Shown here piece by piece: positions 50,801 to 61,500 of a stretch of DNA of 64,000 bases (position 1 is the first letter of the stretch; every line of letters starts with the position of its first letter). The stretch is from Barthelona sp. PCE (lineage: Eukaryota), in the NCBI GenBank assembly GCA_040285745.1, contig JAUFOR010000008.1, positions 434,001-498,000 on the forward strand. Direction: 5' to 3'. The translations under genes were made by a program, and so were the position numbers. The notes under the pieces are model-generated. The model saw only the letters and a list, made by a program, of their open reading frames with translations, was not told where the DNA came from and made no database searches.

Positions 50801-53357
50801 AACTCCCCCTTCAACCATCCCTCATGTTGTTGATGATGTTGAAGAAAATGTTGAAAAGGTGGAAGAGCCAATTGTTAAGCAGCACGTTGAAAGTTTGGAG
50901 TATTATGTACAGTACAGATTAGTGCTCAGTTGCCAGCATATTCTGCGTGAGAAAAACGTTGAATTCCCAGTTGACAGCTACCACTATCTTTCTGAGTTCA
51001 TACTGGAACTTGCCCTCAACAACAGTGATCATATCGAGATTTTGTGTGACAACTACCCAGAGTTCACGCCCATTGTTAATGTTATTCAAAAAATCATTGC
51101 AGAAAAGAAGGCTGGAGTGATTCCTATCAAAGAAGAAGAAGAAGAACCGAAGATTGATATTCCGTTAGAAAACAAAAAGAAGGTTGCAGAGATCAAGAAA
51201 CGTATAAAGGAATACAAAGAATCTCAAGATAGACTCAAGCAAATAATGTTTGATCCTAAGTCTCTTTCGGAAATTGACGATGCTTACATTAGTGCAATCA
51301 GAAAAATCAACATTAACTCATACGCTGAAAGTACCAGTATCATGTACGGTGCATATTACCTCTTCCGGTCTAGTAAGTCCGTACTCATCAGCCGTTTGAA
51401 CTATACGCTTGCGCTCAACATACAGCGTTACTCGAAGAAAATCACTGATGCTCGCAAGGCCATCGAAGCGCTGTCTAGGAAGCCCAGACCGAAAACACGT
51501 ACAACACGTCGCCATATAAACATCCTCGATGATGAGGAACCGGGGCGTGTTGCTGTGATCAACGAGATTCCGATTGGTCGCCGTTATCTAAGCTGTGAGT
51601 TGTATAAAATATCATGTGTTCTGTACAACTATGCAGTGTGTATTGGTCTTCCGGTTGATTTCGAGGCAAATAACATGGATATGATGTCCATCAATCCACA
51701 CAACGCATTGAAGTACATCAACCAGCCCAACCCACGATGGGTAAACATCTTTGGCCGCATTAACGTGTTGTATTATCGAAGCTATATTGACTACCTTAAG
51801 GATCTTGATAATATCATCCGCCTTTGTCTTCTGTATCAGGAGTCCCTTGTTGACCAGGCTGTGAAGTTGTGCGTATTTGCCAGATGTCTTTTTGAAAGGG
51901 CTCACAAGCAGCTCAGCAAGTTCTGTGAAATCCTTCCGTTAGACGCTCACCGCGATATGTTCCGACAGTTCTATGTCAACAACGAGGCTACGACCAACAG
52001 CACAATTATTACTCGTATTCAAGGTCTGTCACAGACGGAAATGATACCTCTAAGTGGTCTTCTCAATATTGGATATGTTCTCAATGAACATCGTATCATG
52101 CAGTCCGTCATATTAGATGATTCAATAACCAAGTTCATTGTTTGTCAATCGCCTATCATGGAATTCAATCCTATATATCCTTTCCATACTGAGTTGTATG
52201 AGAAATTACTAATGACCCCCGCCTGGACAATGCTCATTTCGCATCATATTGCTTACCGCCGTCTATTTTGGCTGCATTATAACGTTTTCCATCCAAGCAA
52301 TCCTCTTGCATATTTCTACGTTGATTTTGCTGAAAAAGATCCGTATCCGACCACTGCACGCCAGCTAGATATCAGTTGCATCTATGATGGTAAAGCGCTC
52401 ACTTCTCTTTTCCTTGAGGAGGGTGGTACAAACATACCATCCATCAGTCAGTACATTATGTACATCGAGCAGATGGAAAAAATCGTTACAAAGTCCGTCG
52501 CCACAACGCCAAAGTCAAGATTCCTTTCGTTATTGGCAAAGGAGCTGGTTGAGTACACAAAAGCACTGGCAAATCTTATCCCTCCTCTACCTTTCAACTC
52601 TAAACTTGAGCGCGATACAGAGCGTGTGAAGGCACAACGTATTGAGATCAAAACCAAGTATCAACTGGATTTGATAAGCTATTATGGTCCAGATCCCATG
52701 TTCCAACATCACTTATTCTTCGATAAAAGTATGGCTGATGTTGATCGAAAGTTTGCTGAAAAGATAAGATTCAACACGTTATCCTATCTTCAGAACAATA
52801 TTGTTCCCTTCATTCCCGATGAAAAACAGTCCAAATTTAAAAAATCATTATCGTTTAAGTTTGATAGATCTTCATATTTCTTCGTTGAAGAAGCAATCCT
52901 AGATATTCTATCAACAGAAAAGGCCCAACAGTTCATGGAGTCCATTCGTTCATTCCCATGGCTATCATATATCTCCACTTGTCTCAAGGACAAGGATCTG
53001 GAGAAAGTTAAAACCATGTATACTGTTGTCTTTGATATGTTCACCGGTGCAAAGCAAAGCATTGGAACAACAGCATTGGCAGCATCACTTGCAGCAGGTT
53101 GTTGTTATGTTGGTCAAATGATGCCTGAGAAGTATTATCAACGAGTATTAAAGAGAGTACAGCAGTTGGCAACCCCAGCTGTAGAGACAGTTCGTAAACC
53201 CAACACGAGTGTCCAAACACTGCGCCCTCCGTCCATTCAAGAGCCATCAATGCATACAATACCTGGAGACGAATTTTCACTTAACGTAAGTCGCTCCATC
53301 AGTGATGCACCCAAAAAATCTGCAACAAATGAATCAAGTTTCTCTTTACTTCTTTAG
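44859..53357 (+). CDS. TAF1: very large TAF1-like protein (TFIID subunit 1 core-like region + bromodomain-like region)
   Basis: IFIEYLEKAP..KLMNY, LPFLGS..LESQLAYTPLHY, GDFLL and IQEM..VQQQP recall the TAF1 DUF3591 core. NPRWVNIFGRINVLYYRSYIDYLKDLDNIIRLCLLYQ is bromodomain-like. Confidence 0.65.
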   Translation: MTSGVDQWFPISDPTAHVSTVLITDASRFEPERLRRTTDEPIAICPTLENPLLQLMRSKRDSKEEVENTVTFSSVSSAHISLPKFDFNVNWSSMRLPVIVLPEVTEEDLTVEPIVEEDVMTESFTYNPDEEEDEGMLGEEDDKNNSDSDWFSDSDEETMTSVISRPNVESVSAPAPEVDNREQSVEVIRLNVDIDKLKKQSERARLKSLSKFTSVHDMLTYTRPVGYSYKPMLFRPVHPNPFSFLDLNNSHILLTYKKTKDLVIQQQQQQQSTDIVTFAPLIHLNLLSVGPNVYSDIVRQYNPEVLSVQENVKVFDSMNKQQLFEIIKSFVNNIKPHINRNLQQGFAFFKPYMVFSSHRQKSIVEKNFDNLDTVRNVIFIEYLEKAPILKPFKGQKVKLMNYVNFETTDISRERINESILSLVPKTNDSHPLLPHSNINGIVRGDIVFVTENDTLPFLGSVSENGSRLVLESQLAYTPLHYSPYNDCRNDSRIKYGDFLLNVFDDFITIQEMPLVFNGVQQQPNDINEGKDKQYLRDEPPSYPTFKKIVETESKNSKFFKRQYKKKPGRGPKCKFDIPYIAVQKARQMQDPELVSSGLYRMRLMDQGDAKEKTLETMFYRYLHKVRHVIAEGGNDDDSWDRVSYLGALVDNITQILKTTVEDRVDFYTLGITKHDLNVDVFKPFENTEHLQDSVFSNPNSFKSFRNLVRNMMVQDRNIHLNNATSDGALNPVARELLNNMRSNYPLGLHQYSRIIKSRQSKKTENQLVQLDVRSVTLKRMKTTIHYYDRRFYQTLPSDAQCRARWQLYAFYFLPWLTNLINKGIIDPDDEYDDEDLPENVWSKKMLCEMYREERKTTAQAQIVMYNKFSVVQDIVFAGLDRDSIVNREKSTKDEEISLQYPSSEDLVEANKYIEVDLDEANNNMESQLESTRLKQMIHKKKKNLNAIDKLRKKKKDRLQQLNDQMDNMMVLRKLIVGQYNRFYKIRYNTQLNLTDAEPSPLEMETSFQGIMDLAQEITDMPLDDTDHLLDLCILFDKRTTHLLDRIYNLLYESAFDSKDCPVNNPFHTIREALDAMNSSHMSPIDAAENVRQVIEAIRISQKASSKFFKDLINMRDSHSISTILTESIREKCIDWIRKTDRFKRKKRLKECVVSLLSMISLWPKTHFNPIRSDRDLIGNCQITLSRYLNVLKQVINGTKAEPPCFDITRVLSTSECIYLRHKSVDQRIFTGYDNRMYLSHIKNRPPELRQRYLSTIETSPDKFKEVQRYLTHFGLEQAARYIDITITLEDGKKKTYKEPVYEMCNNSFILSKKKRIMMYEILSYHDRLCKKQFSNLFSPNPSEEVECVPINLGSEYKTSLSNRERDVDKKFGTDKALVKLEYYSKARSTSSRPSNATFRVNKPKKRPSIIAKPPVPTEVLQRIMSMEERYVLQLLFELTFTTSQLRFCDMFKKARSASYSSVLKYAFTLNPKKEYKTLVTDFFNPFIQINYITTIRSHLDLIEGFDLGFWCTVLKKHKEEEFQNALMMILAIRIICFCASPVLQEYYEKIGEQGTFTPDQLLKLSKYFPPITIPFGLTHLNIQEHHSFKRYEEAERRIGDYRARYSSVVVNEDNAGTHLDFVYPELSLLLIKKCPPVCASSPAPLLKCLLPRELNDCSLVLSQFKFVFSHTNILLIQWWLLQAVFKKESPFASQFQLFDDVVRQAHEKVATKNNRDVIDHWTIKKMLLNWKILPNINTTRDLLEVMRQNTADYTGKNSLFVQFASSLIQDCQLAETFVCSLFDGCCDETRRIFDQEFDLSQFVSEMREHMMLDDNQSNFDIIKHFYTPNIADDNKNMTVIVKYLEYHWNKNFPEALYLVLSYVLRFNIFYVLSGILNACVVNNPDNSLYVKPTDPIQLVEPKIEILQLDTMPMSMSQDTPTTRSMDLSLPDMPQQHDNMSMPILDMIPPTSSLDLPNYDSFSLSMSPGISESTMHSSPAIKTPPSTIPHVVDDVEENVEKVEEPIVKQHVESLEYYVQYRLVLSCQHILREKNVEFPVDSYHYLSEFILELALNNSDHIEILCDNYPEFTPIVNVIQKIIAEKKAGVIPIKEEEEEPKIDIPLENKKKVAEIKKRIKEYKESQDRLKQIMFDPKSLSEIDDAYISAIRKININSYAESTSIMYGAYYLFRSSKSVLISRLNYTLALNIQRYSKKITDARKAIEALSRKPRPKTRTTRRHINILDDEEPGRVAVINEIPIGRRYLSCELYKISCVLYNYAVCIGLPVDFEANNMDMMSINPHNALKYINQPNPRWVNIFGRINVLYYRSYIDYLKDLDNIIRLCLLYQESLVDQAVKLCVFARCLFERAHKQLSKFCEILPLDAHRDMFRQFYVNNEATTNSTIITRIQGLSQTEMIPLSGLLNIGYVLNEHRIMQSVILDDSITKFIVCQSPIMEFNPIYPFHTELYEKLLMTPAWTMLISHHIAYRRLFWLHYNVFHPSNPLAYFYVDFAEKDPYPTTARQLDISCIYDGKALTSLFLEEGGTNIPSISQYIMYIEQMEKIVTKSVATTPKSRFLSLLAKELVEYTKALANLIPPLPFNSKLERDTERVKAQRIEIKTKYQLDLISYYGPDPMFQHHLFFDKSMADVDRKFAEKIRFNTLSYLQNNIVPFIPDEKQSKFKKSLSFKFDRSSYFFVEEAILDILSTEKAQQFMESIRSFPWLSYISTCLKDKDLEKVKTMYTVVFDMFTGAKQSIGTTALAASLAAGCCYVGQMMPEKYYQRVLKRVQQLATPAVETVRKPNTSVQTLRPPSIQEPSMHTIPGDEFSLNVSRSISDAPKKSATNESSFSLLL

Positions 53358-53358
53358 A

Positions 53359-54435
53359 TCAATAAACATCTTCGCTTTCCTCTTCTTCATATATGTGTGA
53401 TGGTGAAACTTCTCTAAAATTCATGTTGTAAAAACGTGGTGGTTGAATTTGCTTATTCCTGCAATCAGCGTAATCCCACAGCGTTGAATCCAGTGACGGC
53501 ACCCGCTTAACACAGGGCTTTTCAGGGATCGTCAACTGATTATCAGTCAGTCCGCTCAACTCCTTGATTTGCTCCTGTAAAACACCACCAACGACATATA
53601 GTCGGTGGTTTACGTTGCTCAGGTGCACGGTCTCCTTCGATATGAGCCCACCTGCGTATTGATCAGGGACACCAAAGATGATACGACGACAGCGAGAATG
53701 AATCAACAGCATGGTTTCAAAAACTGTGGGTTCCTTCAGTACGTAGCAATCTAAATCATTACAGAGATAATCGCACGAGTCTGTGAGAACATGCTGATTC
53801 GTAACCTGAGAAATAGCTGTGGAAACGATTGACTTGAGCGGGTGAGTGGAATCCTCCAGCTCGCTTGATGTTGTTATTGTGTAGTCGAGCACAGACAGCG
53901 TTCGTACGTCGACAAACATCGCACCGTTTGCTGAGTTAGTCTGTCTGCACGCAGCAAACAAATGGTTCATGAACTTGAGACACTCTAGCGGTTTGACGCC
54001 GGTAAATGTTGGGAGTGCGGAGGGTACTGTCAGCTGGCGCGTGAGTGCAGGCCAATAATTTCTGGATCGTAAGGCGTTACACAACAAGCCGACAGGGTGT
54101 GCCGGCACCGACACTAAATATACACCTCCGTGTGTGAATGGCAGGTTGTTGACGTCTAGGGGGAAGGCATCAGCATACTTGTTTCCTTCTATGAGGCCCA
54201 ACAATATGTATGGAATTGTTTCATGACGATGAATCTTCTTGAGCCAATACACTCGTCTGTAGGACGGAAAGTCGTCAAGAACCGCGCTTATCTTTGTTAA
54301 AACATTCTTGATATCAACCGCCCTTAGTTTTGCAACATACATATCAACCAGTTCGATTTCGTCAAATTCCGACTCTATATCATCCAAAATGTAGATGTTT
54401 TGCGCCTCTTTACTCTCAAATTGGGAGCGCAGCAT
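53359..54435 (-). CDS. ADAT3: tRNA adenosine-34 deaminase non-catalytic subunit (Tad3/ADAT3), degenerate
   Basis: YWP, HPL, DYLCNDLDCYVLKEP, LIHSRCRRIIFG, GGL, VNHR. Confidence 0.85.
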   Translation of the reverse strand: MLRSQFESKEAQNIYILDDIESEFDEIELVDMYVAKLRAVDIKNVLTKISAVLDDFPSYRRVYWLKKIHRHETIPYILLGLIEGNKYADAFPLDVNNLPFTHGGVYLVSVPAHPVGLLCNALRSRNYWPALTRQLTVPSALPTFTGVKPLECLKFMNHLFAACRQTNSANGAMFVDVRTLSVLDYTITTSSELEDSTHPLKSIVSTAISQVTNQHVLTDSCDYLCNDLDCYVLKEPTVFETMLLIHSRCRRIIFGVPDQYAGGLISKETVHLSNVNHRLYVVGGVLQEQIKELSGLTDNQLTIPEKPCVKRVPSLDSTLWDYADCRNKQIQPPRFYNMNFREVSPSHIYEEEESEDVY

Positions 54436-54539
54436 GAATAGAAAGGATTATAAAAAGTGAAACATTTACAAAGTACAAATATATATTTAAACACAAATGT
54501 ACACCTCTACAAAACACAACACATGTCCAAATAAGGTGG

Positions 54540-55460
54540 CTAAAAGATTAAATTAACAATTCTGATCCCATTATTATGGTCAACAACCATCATTTCCAAA
54601 CTAATTTCATTTGTCTCAACTGTACCACTGCGCAGATATGATCCCTTTTCGCAATTAAACTCGTGCAAAGCACACACACCATCACTACTACGAATTAATT
54701 TGGTGCTTTCCTCAAATTGGAACAAAACCAAAGTTACACCGTCATCAGTCTCTATTACATTCACTTTGGGATGCAACCATGCTTCATCATCCATCTTACA
54801 TTGTTCTTTATGTACTACAATTGTCCTCCAAGTTACTGGCCATTCTGCAACTGGAATAGCGCTCTTCCAACATCTTAGCATTTCCTTCACGTTATTTATG
54901 TGCACGTGTGTCAAAACCCCTTCATTATATACGGAGGCGATGATATGCTTTGTTAGACCGCAAAATTGCACGCTTCCATTTCCAAAAGGTCCTTGAATGA
55001 TACTACTATATACATCATTCTCCCATCCATTCACCTTTTCGTACACAGCATAGCAGCAGTTATCATGCTCCAAAAAGAAATAATTGTTCCAAACACCAAA
55101 AAGTGTGCCCGTTAACGCAAATTCGTACACTTCTGAACCATTCTTGAATAAATAGCATGAAACGTGCATGTTATGACAGTTCTCGTGCTTTTGAGACTCA
55201 TAATCATTGTTTGTGACAATACAAAGCTCAGTATTAAGCACAACGAAATACTTTTTGTAACTTATCATATCCCTTATAAAACCAACGCAGCTGCATGAAA
55301 ACTCCCATCTCTTCTCTGCTATAATCTGTAGTTCCTTGTCATAGAAGACAATATCAATATCTAATTCATTTCTAGTTTCCCCCAATGAATATGTATATGA
55401 GTACCACACGTCATCAAGGGCTGCACATGCCCCGCACCCTTTATGATGATCTTTTGACAT
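54540..55460 (-). CDS. hypothetical protein (Cys/His-rich, beta-rich)
   Basis: 306-aa ORF filling the gap between neighbours. No family recognised. Confidence 0.7.
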   Translation of the reverse strand: MSKDHHKGCGACAALDDVWYSYTYSLGETRNELDIDIVFYDKELQIIAEKRWEFSCSCVGFIRDMISYKKYFVVLNTELCIVTNNDYESQKHENCHNMHVSCYLFKNGSEVYEFALTGTLFGVWNNYFFLEHDNCCYAVYEKVNGWENDVYSSIIQGPFGNGSVQFCGLTKHIIASVYNEGVLTHVHINNVKEMLRCWKSAIPVAEWPVTWRTIVVHKEQCKMDDEAWLHPKVNVIETDDGVTLVLFQFEESTKLIRSSDGVCALHEFNCEKGSYLRSGTVETNEISLEMMVVDHNNGIRIVNLIF

Positions 55461-55513
55461 GCGAAAAGTATTAGGGATAAAACTTAAATTACAATATTTA
55501 TTTTCCTAAATGA

Positions 55514-58500
55514 CTACTCAAAATCGTCCAACAGTAATGGCTCATCCAACTGATCCACATAATCAGTGAAACGCTGACGTGTACTCAATTTCTCAGTATG
55601 TTTCTCCTCAGCAAGCATGCGTAATACCATAAGATCTTTGTGTTTCCGTATCACCAGCATCAAACCAATTGCAATTGAGACAATGAGAATGAATGCAACA
55701 ACATAGATCCATATTTCAGATGCTTTCATAAGCACCAAATCATACTGAACGAATGCTGATGAGTTACAATCCAAACCAAGCATTTCATTCACACCATGGC
55801 ACTTGTCCCTCATCTCTAGACAAAGGAATTTGGGTAATGCAGAGAAATAGTTTTTGTATGTTAAAGGTTTGAACTCAATCAAGCAAGAATACTCTTGTAA
55901 CACACCAACACACTCCTCGCTGACGATAGGGCACCCACGGACACTCATGATAAGCTCTTTCAACGCATCCTTTCTGTTAATAACAGACTCGATACCTTGA
56001 TCAAAAGAAAAGAAATTATGAGTGACATTTAACACTTCTAAATGCTTAATTTGATACTTTTGCAACCGTTCCAGTATTGTACCGCATAAATCTTTGCGAA
56101 TTACAGAAGGTAACACTATACTTTGACTATCTTCCATACTTATCTTGAAAGAACCTTTAAAGAACACAACAATGGCATACGTGTCCGACATTTTCTGTCC
56201 GACAGTCCTCTCAAAACATAAACCATCACATTCTTTAACTACAAGTTGGAAAATCCCACGGTTATCGATTGTTCGATGTGTAAATGCCGAGTTCATTGGT
56301 ATGAGTGTAACAACTGCGCTTCCCTTCCCCTTCAGACTTACAGTGTATCCACTTTGAGGCTTTATCTCGATCAATTCCATTGACCAATTTAATGACTCCA
56401 ACCAATTCGTATTACCACTTGATTCACGTTCAGTTTTAATGGTAGAAACGTTAACTTGACATGGTGTATTGGTAAAATATAAAGCCTTCTTTAATTTAAA
56501 CACCTCACTTTGAGTTCGACAGAATGCATAGCCTGTAAACCCTACTTGCTCAGTCAAGCTCAAACTGGTCTTCTCAAATCGCTGATCGGTATCATCGTCA
56601 AGAGTCAACATCATTACATTATCATTACAATCACCTTCGCATTCAACAGTAACAATATGACATAGATCTTTGCCAAATTCAATAGGTAGCAATGCAACTT
56701 CTTGGCTATCCATGCTGAAAGATCCCTCGCCTGCATTAATCTTATCTATCTCATTAAACTCTTTGTATTCAAAATTGACTTTTAAACTCAGTACATTGGC
56801 TTTCTCAGTCTTGCTACAAACGCTCCAGAACACTGTTACGTCGCACTTATTGTTGCTAACACACATCTCAACCGTCTTCAGTGATCCTTTCCATTCTTTA
56901 GGCTTGTTCGGTACCAGACTTTCGTTTGTGAAATACGTAATATCATAATATTCGACATTGGGGTCTTTGTGAAAAGCCTTTAAAACACCATGATTCATGA
57001 TATTTGCGAAATTATAAGAAAGAATATCGCACGAATCACCCATACTCGGAAAAACATCCGTAATATGTGAAGATACATACATCGGCTGTACATGGTCTTT
57101 TTCATCAATCTTGGAAATGTTATTACCAACCCGGTTAACATGTGCATTCATCGCGCCATCAACTGTGAAGTACAGTCCAACTTGATCAGCAATCATGGTC
57201 ACAAATATCACATCATTTAGAATTTTTGTCGTCAATGCAGCGTAATTATGGCGGTGACATGTCTCCACGTCCAGCCCTGGGAATTTTTCATGGAAAAATA
57301 GATTGATGGTATCACTTGAAATATCAACTAAATCTATTATATAAGTAATTCTTTGAAATGCATCAAAATCGCTTTTAACATGGAGCGCTAGAATATCTGT
57401 CCTCGCGCGCTTACCGGAAAGCAAAAGCATATCATTGCTAGGAAGAATAGAAAGTCGAAGGTAGCAGAAATCGTCTGACTGGCTGAAGAATCGGTTATAA
57501 TCACTGTCCGCATCAATTCTTTTCGGCCAACACTGATACGCAAAAAATCCTATGTACTCGTCAGGGTCAATGCATGCTAGTTGTAGTTGTTTTGTTGACT
57601 GATCGAAAACCTTATCTGTAATATTCAAACTCCAATTCAACTGATCATTATCGTCTATATCGACAAACAGATTGTACAAACCAAGAGGATTGTAAAAATC
57701 TTTAAGATGAAATTTTCTTGTACGAAACTGTTCTAATTCAACGAAAATATAATTTTCTTTAACTGGATTGATCTCTCCGAGGCTAGATCTAACCTGAACA
57801 CTGTATTTAAAAGATATTTGACTGTTAACATCATCATCAACTAAAAGATAAATTGATACTTGATCTGCATGACTGAAAAAACCTTCCCTAATACTAAACA
57901 CTAGCCTATTTTTCATCTTTCCAGCATCATTTCGTGGATCTGTTCTGTCAAAATTCTTCTGTAAAGTTGCTTGATAACCAATGTAACATTTAACACTTCT
58001 ATCTTGTTGAATATACTTATTCTGTTTTGTGAAAATATCACTATTATAAATAGAAAGGAACTGGTCTATGTTATATACATTGGTACACGCAACAAAATAA
58101 ATATGATCGAGGTGATTATTGTCTAACTTTAATCGTACAATAAAAACATAACCTGGGATATTTGAGAAATAATAAACTAATGGATAGAACGCATTATTTG
58201 CATTCCAAAAATATTCTTCCTTAATATTATAAAAATCTCTTACAAAGTAATTAAATTTATCAAAATGGAATTTAATATTTGATACTAACATATATATCTT
58301 CTTCTCAATACCTGCGTCTGAACCTGTGATGTAATCAAACTGTTCTCGTATCAATTTTAGTGATGGATACACACTGAAATCCTCCAAATTTTGTGTTGAC
58401 CTAATGCTATGAATTACTTCACATGATGTACTCTTCCCTCCATACACAAAAAATGGAGTACGTCCATCCTGGCTGTCACAGAAATCTTGAACTGAGATTT

Positions 58501-61500
58501 GCACTGTGAAATCCGAATTCTGCTTATCCTCAAATTGATGTCTCAAAAACATTAAACGCAATGATTCTATTGGAAGAAGATGCGCTGTGTCGAATTCTAA
58601 AAGACATGTGTTCCCAATACAATCGACTAACTGGCCAATCTGTAGAACTTTCACCTCTGTTTTCTCCTTGAAACTATAAGTAATAGGCAATGAATCACAA
58701 GGACCAGAGGGGATGAATTCAAACACCCACATATCTCCTGTGTCACCGTACAATGCTACCTGGCTATCGATGTCAAACATTGGAATTACAGGGAACAATA
58801 TTTCCCCATTGAGTTTAACCAATACAGTACACTTGGATGTGCGACTGGGTAATGACATGGTGAACAGGGCAGCACCTCTAAAATCCAATATAAAAACAAA
58901 ATCAATTCTTCTAGTCAAGATCAAGACATAATTCCTATCAAACCTAATGGTATAAGCTGGTGCTCTAAAGTTGTGTTGTATTTCAACTTCGATTTCTGTG
59001 AATTCTGTCTCGTTAACATGAACATTAGCTAAAAACCCGCTGGATGTTGGAACATACTTTTTCGAACTGTTAAAACTTGTTGCAGTCAACATTTCGTTTC
59101 TAATGTAGGAGAGGCGATGCTTTGGCACGATGCAGTCAAAGCCAAGAGTGTCTATATAAAGCACTGGAGGATATTGCGTCGAATAGTGGAAAATGAGTGA
59201 AGCGTCAGTATTTGATGCAATAGTAAATCTTCCTCTATCGATCATCTGAGTGGTTACAATTGTGTTAGAGATAATTGAATCGTTAAAAAACTGCACTTCA
59301 ACAGTAATTTCATCTTGTGAAACATCAAAAATCCCAAAATCTTCAAAACTGAACCAGACAGCTTCACAGAACGCATGTTCCTCGCCATCACTATCTATGT
59401 GACCAAATGGGCACACTCCAGGCTTGTTGACACCAGCAAAATCGTGCGGTTGCTCTGCCGAAACAGATACAATGCTGTGATCGCACGATTTATAACACCT
59501 TAACCCGTGATCATCGCTGTAGTACTGCCACATATATCTTTGCAGCAGTGAAACATCAATGGGGTCGACATGCGCACATGAACGAGTGTGATATCGTACA
59601 ACTCTATTAGAAAAAACTCTAACATTAGTATTTGTCAAGTGTCCTGTGGATCTGAACACGTGCCAAACAAACGCATCACGGCGTAGAACAATTTTTTTCG
59701 TCAATGATTCTTTAACAAAAGATAAATCACTAATTTGAACAGTAAACGGGGATTGACGGATGTATAAACGAAGATTATGATTGCAAATAGTAAAGTTAAA
59801 ACACCCAACCAATACAACGTATTTAGTATCAACATGTTTTCTGTATAAGGGTAAAAATATGTGTGATTGAGTTGAATTCAATGGTTTAAACATATTATAA
59901 TCAGAATAAGTGCAATTTCCTACACATGAATCATAAACAGCATAATAAATGTTACTGTAATCATAATTACTATCTTTTTCAAAGTTCAATTCAAAGACTT
60001 GAACAATTTCTTCATTATTGTTGTTATCTAGCTCAAATGCAATAACTGACTTGAGCAGATGATCCGTTTCAGTACCGTCGTGAACGTTGACTCGTACAGT
60101 ATCACTACACTCAATAGATATACTAGCATCATGCAACATATAATAAGGATAATTAATTAATAACAAATAGTAATTACCATACGAAATATCTAATTGAATT
60201 TGATTATGCTGGAGGTCAAACTCATAGTTAAATGCATAACTATATTGCGATCCTCCCATTGATAGTGAAACATCAAACTTATCCATCTTAAATCTTAAAT
60301 CCCTGAAGGACACCTTCATATAACTGAATAAACTGGGTTTTTCGGGGCATTTTAACTCATAATTAAGACCAAGAACAACTGTTGCATGAATATTCTCTCT
60401 GTAAATAACAGAAAGTTTCGCTGCATCAAGATCGTAATATGATGATTTCATACTCATTGAGTGACTACCATACGATTCCTTAAGACATAGTATCAATGTG
60501 ACTTCCGTTAACTCATCTTTTTCATAGATCCAGTCATTTGTGAATGACACGTGATTCTTAATAGGATCAACTGCAATCTCCTCCCACTTAAGGTATGTAT
60601 CAGTGTATATTGCAGCCATAAGCACTGTTTCATCAAAAAAGTCATCATTAAAAGAAAATTCAATATCATAAAAACCCGTTCTCAATAATCCAGCATTTAG
60701 AGAAAAATACTGTGGAACATGTGTAAGTGCTGTCGTCTCTAGTTTTCTCTGCCTCTCCAGCATTGTTAGCGAAAACAAACATGTATGATGATCATCACCA
60801 CTATTCACAAATCTCATGGTCTGAGGACCAGTATTCAATTTCTGAACAACATCAAACGCAAATGAATAAGCGTCTTTCCTAAAAGAAGGGTATTGAAATG
60901 TGTTACGCATTCTAAAAATTGTAGAATACGGTTCTTCATTCGATTTCCACTCTACAATAACATTCATTGGCGAAGAAGCACACGTGACTGTGACCCGTGC
61001 ACCGGGAAAGTTATTCGGTACTTCACTAAAATAAAATGTTGCTGCTGAAGTAGTATAATCTAATGTAAAAACACTAATTTCTTCTCCTGGTTCTATGTTG
61101 GTCAGATTAATCTGTTCAGAATGATGAAATACTGACAATGACTGATGTAGAACATCTACTTCATATAGTGAAAGATTACGAGCCTCAAATCCATCATCTT
61201 CATTGTTTAATACACGAAAAGATAACCAAAATGGTTCACTGTAATCATAAATGATACGTACTGAATCTGTGCTCGGATATTCAAAACTATTTTCCATGTC
61301 AAACAGAGCAGAAAATGGTCCTACATCACCTGGAGGTAAGAATCCCTGTTGTAATGTTGAAAAAACACGTAAACTTGGAAGATTCTTATCAGCAATAATG
61401 TTACGTATCCTAAATGAGATTGCACAAGCGTCATCGTGTGAATTTAAAACCGGAGTTATTAATAAACATATTAGTGTCTCAGTATTAACAACCAACCGAA

